NCBI GenBank assembly: GCA_002269645.1
Contig: NIVC01001319.1
Span: forward strand, 197,775-261,774
Source of the DNA: Macrostomum lignano
Lineage: Eukaryota
DNA length: 64,000 nt
Direction of reading: 5' to 3'
Shown: positions 1 to 11,110 of the stretch, in pieces
Numbering within the stretch: the stretch's first letter is position 1
How the letters are laid out: each line of letters opens with the position of its first letter
Position numbers and translations under genes: made by a program
The notes under the pieces: generated by a model
What the model was told of the DNA's origin: nothing
Seen by the model: only the letters and a program-made list of their open reading frames with translations
The model's database searches: none

Positions 1-698
1 CAATGGGGATCCCTGCGCCAAACTGCGGTTTAATATAAGCCTACTCCTTCTAGCAGTGCCTCTATGCACTCTAGGTATGGCTCCGGAAACCACTGATAGT
101 CCTTTAAGATCTATCAGGGGCAGTCCTTCTGGAGACTGCAACCAATGGAGTCTAAACAGACTCAAGAGTCTCAACAGACCCAAATAGACTCAAGTCTCAA
201 TAGACTTGAGCGAGACGTCTCTAACACAACAGGCGCAAATAAGGAAGGCTTACCGCAACAACTCGACTAGTCTTCTGTAGGAAGTCCTGTAGTGGCTTCC
301 TCTTCGGAGCTCTTCTCCTTCCGGAGGAATTGTGGCTCCGGGTCCGTTCCGGACCACTTGTATTTATAGGCGTTCAGACCTCTCTCGAGGTCGTACATCA
401 CTGTCTTCGCAAATGTCAAAGGGTCACGATTCGGTGGCTGTCAAGCATGACAGGGTAGAAAGTTGTGCAACTAGTCTACTGTAAAAGCGCATGATTGGTT
501 ACCGTAGCTGGTAGACTTTGATTGGTTCATCCGGGTGCAACCCGAGTGCAAACCAAATGATGACTTGAAGGTGGGGTTTGAATTGACAGTTGTTGGTCGC
601 ACGTGATTGGGTGATTTCTAAAATTAGCATGCTCGAGATTTCTCTCTTTCTATTGGTTAATTCGAAAATATGTATGGTTCAGCGCATATCCTTATACA
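1..698 (-). mobile_element. Possible LTR fragment or Pol II promoter region
   Basis: The minus strand begins TGTATAAGG at 698, followed by several CCAAT boxes (gattgg/tattgg at ~492, 520, 605, 652) and CCTATAAATA at 361-370. The other end lies outside the window, so no TSD can be checked. Confidence 0.35.
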
Positions 699-917
699 TG
701 CTCCTCAAATTACTACTATTTAAGTAGTACGTTAACAATTTTAAATAACTTTTCTGGGAGATATAATACTCTACAGTGTATATGTAACGGTCATTCTTTC
801 TAATGACATGCTAGGGCGAAAATAAATTACACTTCGAATATTTCATGGCATTAGAATATTCTGTTCACAAAACTTTGTACTGGTGCGGTACACAAACTTA
901 TGCAGATGCCAGGCCGT

Positions 918-990
918 AGGGTTGGTTTTAAGGTTAGGCTTATAGGGTTAGTGCTCAGATTGGCGTTAGGGCTACGGTTAGGGCTAGGGT
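918..990 (+). repeat. Degenerate telomere-like (TTAGGG) block, flanked by an ~85-bp diverged direct repeat (~791-875 and ~1074-1160)
   Basis: Motifs ggttaggct/agggtta/tagggct. Similar interstitial blocks occur at 2056-2075, 37138-37188 and 37585-37620, inside Helitron-like units. Confidence 0.5.
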
Positions 991-1299
991 TTGCTTATGA
1001 CTTAGTTCATTTAGCTTACTAATTAAAAATGTATTCCATTCTTTGTTCGCTTTGTATGCAAGTATGAAATGGTACATTCTTTGTAATGACATCCTATGGC
1101 GGAAATGAATTTTACTTCAAATATTTCACGTCATTAGAACATTATGTTATCAAAACTTTTCACTGGTGTTTCATCTTTTCAAAAGTCCGAAAAAATAAAT
1201 AAGTCTATCACGGATTTTAATCAAAAGTCAAAAAACGTGCAATAAATTGTTACTATTTAATTATTGAATTGTTAGAATTGTTAGTCTATTTTCGTTCTT

Positions 1300-1420
1300 T
1301 GCATCTGCTGCTGCGGTGGCTGCTGCGGCTACTGTTTCTGCGGCTGCTGTTTCTGCGGCTGCTGTTTCTGCGGCTGCTGTTGCTGCGGCTGCTGTTGCTG
1401 CGGCTGCTGTTGCTGCTGTA
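1300..1420. repeat. GCN-type low-complexity repeat; related GC-rich repeat at ~1680-1750
   Basis: Units such as gctgctgtttctgcg and ccgccgcgccga. This explains the poly-Ala/Thr ORF 1261..1551. Confidence 0.8.
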
Positions 1421-2157
1421 ATTGGCGGGCGGCGGCCTTCATAGCGTTGCAGCTGGCAACGCGGTGGCGGCCTCCGCAGAAGAAACAAACGACTGGCAAT
1501 TAAAAGAGAGGAACATTTTTGCAAATTTATCAGTAATAATACGAGTAGCATAAAAGTCAGGAACAGGCTACAAATAAATAAAATTTAAGACTATACTCGA
1601 ATGTACTCAAAGCTCAAGATTTACAGTGTCTTAGGATGGTACTCACTGCTCTTTCCGCGTGGGCCGCCACTGCCGCGCTGCCAGCCGCCACGCCGACCGC
1701 CGCCGCGCCGACCGCCGCCGCGCCGACCGCCGCCGCGCCGACTGCTGCCGCCGAATATTTGAGTTATATTCATTTTTTATAACTATAAATTACATTTATT
1801 CAGCAGTCTAAATATATCTAATATACTTAATGAGCGTATTTTTTGTATATATAGGCACTGAAACTGAGTTGTAGGGCGAATAAAATAAGGGTTATGGGTT
1901 GTGAGTCGTCGCTTCAGCAGTTGTCGTATCAGTCTGCTGTGGAGAGTGTGGCTTCGCTGAGCCTTAGGGTGGTTTTCTGTACAAGTCTGTACAAGTGGCA
2001 AAAAATCATGTAAGCATCATGCAAAAACTCGTGAACAAAATATTAAATTTAGGGTTATGGTTAGGGTTAGGGTTAGAAGTTTAACAGGATATTTTTTTAA
2101 GATTTCAAGGCTTAGCTACATGTAGCTTATTAAAAAACGTGTATTGCATTTCTTTTG

Positions 2158-2210
2158 CTCCCCAACCGGGGGCGTTGATTTGCTAATCAGATATACTGGT
2201 ACTAAAAATG
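2158..2210 (+). mobile_element. Helitron head-to-tail junction (3' hairpin + CTAA | TC 5' end) at 2186/2187
   Basis: ctccccaaccgggggcg hairpin, then ttgatttgCTAA|TCagatatac...taaaaatg. This is the reverse complement of the junctions in the 36.9-62 kb array. Confidence 0.75.
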
Positions 2211-2783
2211 AAAACTATTTTTAGTATATATAGTATATAAAATATATATATATATTCATCAGATATACTAAAAATGAAACCTATATATGTGTGTCAATTG
2301 GTGCCATGTATAAGAGTCGTCATATCTCGCCATGTAAAATAGCCGTCTTCTCGTTTAGGCGAATGCGTTGTCCAATTTTCTTCAAATTTGCACTATTCAA
2401 TCAGAAATTTGCGCGTCTCGGTACATGCATCGTGGCTAAGAAATTTCTCGATGCTAAAGGCATTAAATATTCGAAAAACATGCTTTTTTGCAAAGGTCAA
2501 GTAGCTCTTTCGTCTTGAAAAACAATGTAAAAATGCTAGAGAAAAAACTGACTGGTTGAATGCTGATTCTGAAATAGATTGCGTCACAGCTGAATTGTAA
2601 CTCTGCGTGGAAGCATTGCACGAGACTAGCTAGATTTAGATTGCGTAAATATATTGTTGTCTTTAATTGAAACTGATACAGGCTGCCTGAGAAATAGATT
2701 ATGTCAAAACTGCTATGCTTAGAGCATTGAAATTGTTGATTTTATATATAAGTTATAAAATTCATGTTATCAAAACGATGGAA

Positions 2784-2837
2784 GCTAGCCTAGAGGTGAA
2801 CAGACTGAACTGTAAATGCAGCGGCGTGGGTTCGAAT
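2784..2837 (+). promoter_or_regulatory. tRNA-derived Pol III internal promoter (A box + B box)
   Basis: A box TAGCCTAGAGG at 2786-2796, CTGTAAA anticodon-like loop at 2810-2816, B box GGTTCGAAT at 2829-2837, then T-runs. Minus-strand copies start near 39480, 43191, 47010, 51121, 53538, 57874, 61415 and 63855. Confidence 0.6.
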
Positions 2838-2955
2838 TATTATAGTCTAGAAGTTTTTTATTAATTTTTTAACGTAAGAAATCTAAAGAAAATTTTAAAA
2901 AGCGTCAGATAAAAAAGAAGAAGCCTCATGTAAGCCCCAAAAAATAAAATCAAAG

Positions 2956-4555
2956 CAGCTTTGCAAAAATCTCATAGCAATAATCCCATAGAAATCATCT
3001 CATAGAAGCTTTGTAAAAATCTTATAGCAATAATCTCATAGAAGCTCCTCAATAGTCACATAGAAGCTTTGCAATAATCTCATAGAAGCTTCGCAAAAAT
3101 CTCAGCAATAATCTCACAGAAGCTTTGCAATAATCTCATAGAAGCTTTACAATAATCTTATAGAAGCTTTATCATGGCAGTTCTTCAATAATCTCATAGA
3201 AGCTCTCAGATAATTTCATAGCAGCTCCTCAGTATTCTCATAGTAATAATCTCAAAGCAGCTTTGCAATAATCTCATAGCACCTTCGCAATAATTTCATA
3301 GCAGCTCTTCGATAATCTCATAGCAATAATCTCAGAGCAGCTTCGCAAAAATATCAAAGAAATAGTCTCATAGCATCTTTGCAATAATCTCATAGCAGCT
3401 TTGCAATAATCTCATAACAGCTTTGCAATAATCTCATAGCCGCTTTGCAATAATCTCATAGCAGCTTTGCAATATCCTCATAGAAGCTTTGCAATAATCT
3501 TATAGCAGCTCTTCGATAATCTTATAGCAGCTCTTCGATAATCTCAGCAAAAATCTCACAGAAGCTTTGCAAAAATCTCATGGCAATAATCTCATAGCAG
3601 CTTACCAAAAATCTCATAGCAGCTTCGCAATAATCTCATAACAATAGTCTCATAGAATCTTTGCAATAATCTCATAGCAGGTTTGCAATAATCTCATAGC
3701 AGCTTTGCAATAATTTCATAGCAGGTCCTCAATAATCTCACAGCAGCTTTACAATAATCTCATAGAAGCTTTGCAATAATCTCATTGCAGCTCTTCAATA
3801 ATTTTATAGTAGCTTTTCAATAATCTTATAGCTGCTTTTCACTGATGTTATAGTAGCTTTTCAATAATTTCAAAGTTGCAATAATCTCATTGCAGCTCTT
3901 CAACAATCTCATAACAGCTCTTCAATAATCTCATAGCAGCATCTCATAGCGGCTCTTCAATAATCTCATATTAGCCTTTTTAATAATCCTATTGCAGCTG
4001 CTCAATAATCTCCTAGCAGTTTTGCAATTATCTCATAGCATCTTTTCAATAATCTCATAACAGCTCTTCAAAAATCCCAAAGCAGCTTTGCAATAATCTC
4101 ATAGCAGCTCTTTAATGATTTCATAGTAGATTTTTAATAATCTTATAGCAGCTGCTCAATAATCTCATAGCAGAATCTCATAGCAGCTCTTCAATAATCT
4201 CATAATTGCAATAATCTCATTGCAGCTCTTCAATAATCTCATAGTAGCTTTTCAATAATCTTATAGCTGCTTTTCACTGATGTCATAGTAGCTTTTCAGT
4301 AATCTCATAGTTGCAATAATCTCATTGCAGCTCTTCAATAATCTCATAGTAGCTTTTCAATAATCTCAAAACAGCTTTGAAACAATCTCATAGCGGCTTT
4401 GTAATAATCTCATAGCATCTTTTCAATAATCTCATAGCGGCTTTGTAATAATCTCATAGCATCTTTTCAATAATCACATAGTTGCTTTGCAGTAATCTCG
4501 TAGTTGCTCTCCAATTATCTCATAACAGCTTTGCAATGATCTCATAGCAGCTCTT
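2956..4555 (+). repeat. ~22-bp satellite array (ATAATCTCATAGCAGCTTTGCA)
   Basis: Directly visible tandem repeats with degenerate variants. Confidence 0.95.
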
Positions 4556-5172
4556 TAAGAGAGAATTTATGAGATGTCAAGTCTTGGTGGGAACTGCTCA
4601 GATGCTAAGGCTTAAGAAAGAATTGCTTATATGTCAAGTCTTGAGGGGGAAAATTGTTGAGATTTCAAGACTTAGTGGGAGAATTGCTGAGATATCAAGG
4701 CTTAAGAGGGAATTGCTGAGATTTCAAGGCTTAAGAGGGAGTTGCTGAGATGTCAAGGCTTGGAGGGGAAATTGCTAAGAGTTCAAGGTTTATGAGAGAA
4801 CTAACAACCAATTCCCCCTTTAAGGAAAGAAAAACACGCTTTTAGTTTATTTGGAAATTAAAAAGTATTAAACGCCTCAAATACAACACACTATGTTCTT
4901 GCCTAGATAAATTAAATTTCATGTCTATCGTAAGAAGCTTCGAGCGTTTAGGTAGTTTATTCAATAATTTTTTTTGAAATTTGAAATTAGAAAAGAATTC
5001 TTGCACTAGATAATAAAGTAATTATGGTACTAGTTGATGAAATTGTTTCACTATCTTGCTTGGGGTACTTTCTATCAGGGGATGCTTGCTATCGGAAGGA
5101 CGCTTGCTCTTGGGGGATGCTCAGGAGAGATTGCTGAGATGTCAAGTCTTGGGGATTATCAATAATTGCTGA

Positions 5173-5655
5173 CCCGTTGGATTTTGATTTTCTAAAGTAG
5201 GCATAAAAGGTGAAGAGTTTTGCACCTTCTGCCTCACTTTCGCCTCTTTTAAGCCTATTTTGTTTCACTTGTGCAATGCATGTTCACCTGAGTGCCTCTG
5301 CAGGGTCAAAAGGTGAATTTAAAGCAGGCATAGGTGTCATAGGGGAATTAGGTGCATTAAAGGTGCACAGTGTGCATTGGAGGCACAAAAGGTGAACAAA
5401 GTAGGAATTGGGGGTATTGGTGGAGTGAAAAGTGAACAAAAGGTGCGCCGCGGTGAAGGTGCCTACCTAGTGCCTGACCCCTTCACCGATTTTACACCTT
5501 TCATGCCTCTATTCAAAAATATTGGTGACATCTAGGCATAAAAGGTGCACTCAGGTGCATTTCTAAAACATGAACGAAATAGGCCACCAACGTGCCTCTT
5601 TTGTGCACCTCTCTCACCTTTTATGCCTACACAGGTGCATAAATTTTCCAACGGG
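5173..5655. mobile_element. 483-bp non-autonomous TIR element (CACTA/CMC-like MITE)
   Basis: TIR CCCGTTGGA...TCCAACGGG, 3-bp TSD TGA (5170-5172 and 5656-5658), subterminal repeats taggcataaaagg. Removing it restores the satellite unit attgctgagatttcaagg. The superfamily assignment is inference. Confidence 0.7.
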
Positions 5656-6880
5656 TGAGATTTCAAGGCTTCAGATTGAATTGCTAAGATGTCAAGACTT
5701 ACTGGGGGAATCGCTAAGATGTCAAGGCTTAAGAGGGAATTTTTGAAAAAAGTGAAAGCTTTTGGGGAATTTCTGAGATGTCTAGGCTTAGGGGGAATCG
5801 CTGAGATTTCAAGGCCTAAGAGGGAATTTCTGAAATGTCAAGGCTTTTGGGGAATTCCTGAGATGTCAAGGCTTAAGAGGGAATTGCAGAGATGTCATGA
5901 AATATCAAGGCTCAAGAGGGAATTGCTGAGATGTCAAGGCTCAAGAGGGAATTGCTGAGATGTCAAGGCTCAAGAGGGAATTGCTGAGATGTCAAGGCTC
6001 AAGAGGGAATTGCTGAGATGTCAAGGCTCAAGAGGGAATTGCTAAGATGTCAAGGCTTAAGAGGGAATTTTTGAAAAAAGTGAAAGCTTTTGGGGAATTT
6101 CTGAGATGTCTAGGCTTAGGGGGAATCACTGAGATTTCAAGGCCTAAGAGGGAATTTCTGAAATGTCAAGGCTTTTGGGGAAATCCTGAGATGTCAAGGC
6201 TTAAGAGGGAATTGCAGAGATGTCATGAAATATCAAGGCTCAAGAGGGAATTGCTGAGATGTCAAGGCTCAAGAGGGAATTGCTGAGATGTCAAGGCTCA
6301 AGAGGGAATTGCTGAGATGTCAAGGCTCAAGAGGGAATTGCTGAGATGTCAAGGCTCAAGAGGGAATTGCTGAGATTTCAAGGCTCAAGAGGGAATTGCT
6401 GAGATGTCAAGGCTTAAGAGGGAACTTCTGAGACGCCAAGTCTTGTGGGGAATTTCTGAGATATCAAGGCTTAAGAGGGAACTTTGCAGATGTCAAGGCT
6501 TATGGGGGAATTGCTGAGATGTGTAAGCTTAGGGGGAATTGCTGAAATTCAAGGCTGAAGAAGGAGCTGCTGAGATGTCAAGGCTTGGGGAGGAATTCCT
6601 GAGATTTCAAGTCTTGGGGGATTGCTGAGATGTGTAGGCTTGGGGGAATTACTGAGAGGTCAAGTCTTGAGGGATTGCTGAGATTTATAGGCTTGGGGAA
6701 ATGACAGAAATGTCAAGGCTTAAAAGGTAATTGCTGAGATGTCAAGGGGAGATCATGATTTATTGAGGGAATTGCTGAGATGTCAAGGGGATATCATGAT
6801 TTATTGAGGGAATTGCTGAGATGTCAAGTCTTAAGGGAATTGCTGAGATGTCAAGGGTGAGATCATGATTTATTGAAGTT
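5656..6880 (+). repeat. 29-bp satellite array (GAATTGCTGAGATGTCAAGGCTCAAGAGG); also ~4565-4800, and reverse-complement remnants at ~37020-37700
   Basis: Tandem units are visible, with an internal ~360-bp duplication (ORFs 5689 and 6047 are near-identical). Confidence 0.95.
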
Positions 6881-7354
6881 GGCATGAATTGTCGAGGGGA
6901 CGACATGGTTTTTCGAGAGGATAGCAGAAGTTATTTAGCAGGTAGGACGATTTTAAAGGGAGTAGCTTGACATATTGAGGGAACGACATGATGCGTTCTA
7001 GATTTATAGGTAAAGCATGAAATGTCGAGGTGATCTCTAGAAAAAAAGATTTTCATTTTTAGTATATAGGAATTTCCGGATAAAGCGTTTCCGGGGGATA
7101 GTTTGAGATTTTCTGGTATATCGTGAGAGTTCCAGCAGATTGCATGTGATGTGATTTTTCAAGGGGTAGCCCGATTTCGAGAGAATGGCATGCCAGTTCG
7201 TGGAGAGAGCAGGGATATCAATGGAAAATTGCAAGAGATAGCTAGATAGATATATCGATGGGCTGGCTAGAGATGTCAATAGATAGCAGTGGATTTCAAG
7301 AGATAGCTACAGATATCAAAGGGATAGCAAAAGTTATTTAAGGCATAGTATAAG

Positions 7355-7800
7355 AGTAGTATGAATTTATGCAACTCTGCCGCACTTGCACTGCGGAGAT
7401 AGGCAGTAATGTAAAAGGATAGGAGGGCGTAAAAGAGCCAGCTGAGATAGCCAATGGAAATAAGGGGCGTGGGGTAGGTGTGCGATTGGCTGGGTGGTGA
7501 AACGCTTATGCAGCTCTGCCGCACTGGGGGAGGCAGGTAGAAAGCAAAGATTTGGAAGGTTTTGGAATAGCAGAGTAAACAAATTAAAAACAAGGTAGGC
7601 ATGGCGTGAAAACGTCCACCTCAATTTGTGCCTGGCCTATGCAACTCCTCGGCGTCCCCACTGTGCTTATCCTATAGCATGTCTATGCAACTCTGCCGCA
7701 CTATTTGTCAGTGGAGTGAAGTAGATAAGAGAGAGGCTCTGGTCTTCTTGGGTGTCTGCCTCTGACCCCCTGGCATTGTTATTAAATGAGCAATAAACTT
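7355..7800 (+). repeat. Left TIR of the outer element (~446 bp)
   Basis: Reverse complement of 26159-26603 with scattered mismatches. Contains repeats of the motif GCAACTCTGCCGCAC (~7371, ~7687; variant ~7510). Confidence 0.9.
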
Positions 7801-7861
7801 AAAAGGGTTGTGTGGCTGATGCCGACGAGCAGCCGCTGCTTGATGCCGAATGAGCAAAAAA

Positions 7862-7915
7862 TGGGGTGGGTGCTCATTCTGACACCCACCCCACTCCGCT
7901 TTGAGGGTATATAAG
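7862..7915 (+). promoter_or_regulatory. 11-bp inverted repeat plus TATA box upstream of the PC4-like gene
   Basis: tggggtgggtg / cacccacccca at 7862-7893 and TATATAAG at 7908-7915, ~85 bp before the ATG. AATAAA signals follow at ~9003-9028. Confidence 0.6.
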
Positions 7916-7997
7916 CCCCCGATTTTTAAATTCAACGGTAAATCTATTTTTTCTTGAATTCGATTTCACAAGTTTTTCACAAGATTTTGTGTGAACT

Positions 7998-8729
7998 ATG
8001 GATATTAGTGAAGGTTACAGAGTGCAGGTCGAAGAATTCGAAGGCCAGGAATACATTGCGATCAGGAAGTTTTACCGACATGGCAGCACAGCAAGCCTCA
8101 AGCCTGGTGTTCCTGGTTTCAACTTGAATGTGCAGCAGTGGACGAAGCTAAAGGAGTCAAAGCGCTCCCTGGTGAAGTCGGCTCTGAATAACGAGGTCAA
8201 GGTCATCAAGCTGGGCTTGGACAAATTTGTTCAAGTCAAGGATGGCCTCATCTGGCTGAAGCGGCTGCCTGAGGACTGCTGTGATGAATTTATGAAGCGC
8301 AACACCGTGCCGCTGTCTCCGAGGCTCTGGCAGAAGCTGTGGCAGACTTCGGACTGGATAGACCAGCAGCCATCAGAGCCCTACCAAGGCGCGGGGGCGA
8401 AGTACGATCTGAGCTCATCCGAAGATGAGAACGAAGACGCCACCGTCATACTGCCAGTCAAAACTGAGGCTGCTGAAGGCGAGGAGAAGGTCGGCTCACC
8501 ATCGGAGATGACAACCGACATCGAGGCTGTGACTTCCACACCTTTGGCCAGAGCCGGCACATCGACTGGGAACATCCCGGCGGAGGACACGGACCTGCAG
8601 CAGGATCCCGTGTGGTACCGATTCCGGGCTCATGCCGCTGAGGTGGAGAACAATCGGAAGCGGAAACTGCCATATCCTCTGCGCAGGCAGGAAACAATGA
8701 AGGTGTCTAAGCTGCGTTTTGAAGACTGA
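7998..8729 (+). CDS. PC4/Sub1-like ssDNA-binding domain protein (probable tandem PC4 domains, acidic/basic tail)
   Basis: YRVQVEEFEGQEYIAIRKFY...KPGVPGFNLNVQQWTKLKE matches the PC4 motif (VSVRDFKGK..IDIREYW..KPGRKGISLNPEQWSQLKE). A second degenerate repeat ends in PLSPRLWQKL. The ORF is intact and intronless. Confidence 0.8.
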   Translation: MDISEGYRVQVEEFEGQEYIAIRKFYRHGSTASLKPGVPGFNLNVQQWTKLKESKRSLVKSALNNEVKVIKLGLDKFVQVKDGLIWLKRLPEDCCDEFMKRNTVPLSPRLWQKLWQTSDWIDQQPSEPYQGAGAKYDLSSSEDENEDATVILPVKTEAAEGEEKVGSPSEMTTDIEAVTSTPLARAGTSTGNIPAEDTDLQQDPVWYRFRAHAAEVENNRKRKLPYPLRRQETMKVSKLRFED

Positions 8730-9037
8730 GCTGGAGGTTGGATAAGACTGATGAGACTCAATGGATAATTCAGTTCTGTTTGATTTTGTCTAATTTTATT
8801 CAGCTAAGTAAGGTTTTGACAATTTTTGTAACCATTTAGTCTTATTTATTCAGGTGTTAACAAAACAAATTTATAAATGCATGCAGTTTATACTTATTTG
8901 CACTACTCAATGCTATTATTTCCTGCAATCTTCTTTTCAAGATAATCAACTGTTCGCAGTCCCCCGAGTTAAAAATATAATAAGTGTACACTTTATGAGT
9001 TGAATAAATGTCTAAATGAATAAATAAAGTAAATTGA

Positions 9038-9241
9038 TGTAACCGCCCTTGTCGCCTGTCCGCTCCGTAGAGAGACGAACGCATGACCAGAGGGGGCAAT
9101 GACCGTAGGCTGCCTATGACCGGGCAATGACCTGACGGACCTCCAGCACCAGAATGTCTCGCCCACATGATTGATAGCTTTGGTAGCGCTTTGTGACCAG
9201 AGGGCCAAGGACCCACATGGACCCCACCTGTAGCCAAGGTG
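9038..9241 (-). mobile_element. LTR-like repeat, part 1 (continues at 17884-18810), split by the inner Polinton-like element
   Basis: Reverse complement of 32690-32893. The segment 17890-18810 is the reverse complement of 31769-32689. Begins TGTAACC. Confidence 0.8.
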
Positions 9242-9538
9242 AGTAGTATACGTTTGTACGCTTCTAGACCCAGAGCCCCTAATCAAACAGGCGATTTGAA
9301 GGGCTAGAGGGGGGACACGAGGGGGGACCAAAAAACACATCTAAACACCCTCAACACAATTAAAACACCCCCAATACCCCCAACACCCCCAACACTACAC
9401 AATACTACTAACACTACCCAATACTACTAACACTTCCAAACAATTCCCTCGCGTCCCCCCATTATTAGCCCTTCAAATCACCCGTTTGATAAGTGACGGA
9501 TCTAGAAACGTACAAATGTATACTACTACTTATAACCC
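9242..9538 (+). repeat. Left TIR of the inner element, itself bounded by ~65-bp inverted arms
   Basis: Reverse complement of 17584-17883 with few mismatches. The arms at 9242-9306 and 9466-9527 are imperfect inverted repeats of each other. Confidence 0.92.
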
Positions 9539-10279
9539 CAGGCTTATTAACCTATCACTTTCATCTACGATCCTAATATAAATTGATTGGACTCTATATT
9601 GATTTAAAGGATAATATATTGGGGTTTGGGGTGCAACAATTATTTTCTCTCCAATTGGAACAGCAAGAAACGGGATTGAATAAATGATTCCACGTTGAAC
9701 CAAAACTCCATTATCATCTGTTATATAACCGCCGTTTGAAAGGTCGGTTGTTATATTAATTGTATTGACTCCACCCTCAATGTTTCCCACCGTATCGCCG
9801 GTGCTTGATGTGGTAACTATTCGGGAATTAAATCCAAGTATGGTTCTGAGTGAATTTGCAATTGTGAAATCAACCTGATATCCAGATCCTAGTGATAGGG
9901 TGAATCTGCCAGATGGTAAATCAACCCCTATAACAATTGCGCCTGCTACCCAATCACCATTAGCTGTTAATTCTCCTTCTATATAAGCATTCAAGTCAGT
10001 ATAGCTATAAGCCCCCGGATTAACACCAAATGTTGTCCAATTAGCTTCTGAATCTTTAGAATATTTAAATTGATTATTTGTTGCATTAATTAATTGAGGC
10101 ATGTTAAAAACCGAAAATAGTATCAAACCAATTTGATAACTTAGGCTTTGATCGAGTTGTAACGGATCGAGCAATTGAATCCGTTGCTCGCTGCTTGTCA
10201 TTATAAACTGTAAGGTTGTACTAAATTTTGAATTAGTTCGATCTACCAATTGTTTTATAGTGTCTAATTTTGTTGCCAT
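9530..10279 (-). CDS. Minor capsid protein (penton), Polinton/adintovirus type
   Basis: Motifs PLQLD..YQIGL..FSVFN..NNQFKY..PGAYSYTDLNAYI and ITTDLSNGGY..IIYSI..P.IYYPL..IYIRIVDE. The stop codon lies inside the TIR and the C-terminus looks clipped. Confidence 0.8.
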   Translation of the reverse strand: MATKLDTIKQLVDRTNSKFSTTLQFIMTSSEQRIQLLDPLQLDQSLSYQIGLILFSVFNMPQLINATNNQFKYSKDSEANWTTFGVNPGAYSYTDLNAYIEGELTANGDWVAGAIVIGVDLPSGRFTLSLGSGYQVDFTIANSLRTILGFNSRIVTTSSTGDTVGNIEGGVNTINITTDLSNGGYITDDNGVLVQRGIIYSIPFLAVPIGEKIIVAPQTPIYYPLNQYRVQSIYIRIVDESDRLISLGL

Positions 10280-10297
10280 TTTTATAGTGGGAAAGCT

Positions 10298-11059
10298 TTA
10301 ATCCTCGTCCTCATTATCTTCTTTTATAAGATCTTTTAAGATTCGATTTTTTCTTTCTAACCTAGGGTTGATATATATGTGTTTGTATTGACTATCATCC
10401 CAAATTTTTTTACACATGCTTTTGAATGGTTTTGCATCCAACCCTGGATTAAATCTCGCGTGTATATTTTATAGATCATAGTTATCTAAATCAAACATTA
10501 CACAACAGCTAGCATTCTTTTTTATAATCGATTCTAATTCTCTAAAGGACTGTGTTAGATAAAAAGCCCCAATTCCATCTCCTCTGCCACTAACAAAAAT
10601 ATCCTTTTGCAATTCTTGATCGCCGTCGTTAATACAATCATCAAAAATAATTAGTGTTTTATCATGTTTTGGAATTTGATCATAGGATAATCGGGTTGAT
10701 ACTCTAACAGTTGGAGAATTGTTGTCTATATTTTCTGGATCTTCTGCCGTTGTTTTACATAAATCCTCAATGTCTGCTAGATTAAATCGCGGTTCGTCAT
10801 CATCCTCATATTGCTCATAAGCTCTTAACATTCTAAACAAGATATCTTTTTTTAATTTGTTTTTTATTCCATGTTTAAGAAATTCATAATATTTTATTCT
10901 AGGTTTGTTAGTATATATTAATAAATTATTATAGTCTAACATTCCATCGGTTGTTAACAGGTCATAAACAAAGTGTGCTTTTCCTTTACCCGACCCACCA
11001 ATTACTAAACAAAGAAAAGGATCGTTTGGAAATATTTTATTATGTTTTGCTTTTACCAT
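10298..11059 (-). pseudogene. A32/FtsK-like packaging ATPase with a premature stop
   Basis: Walker A GGSGKGKA (A in place of T/S), Walker B LIIFDD, and SGR and YLTQS motifs. An in-frame TAA at 10469-10471 is followed by the expected C-terminus NIHARFNPGLDAKPFKSMCKKIWDDSQY up to a stop at 10298-10300. Confidence 0.88.
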
Positions 11060-11110
11060 TTTTAAGGATATAATTTAAATAGGCTCGACGGTCGGAGACC
11101 TGCACTCATT

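Larger units (their letters stand above)
2187..6880 (+). mobile_element. Non-autonomous Helitron-like unit (3' end not resolved)
   Basis: TC start, conserved module at ~2385-2600 (reverse complement of the modules at 40200-40440, 54560-54790 etc.), tRNA-like cassette, then satellite arrays. Confidence 0.6.

Noticed and set aside
2784-2837. Functional tRNA-Tyr gene
   Set aside because: It has no complete acceptor or T stems, and the anticodon region varies among copies.
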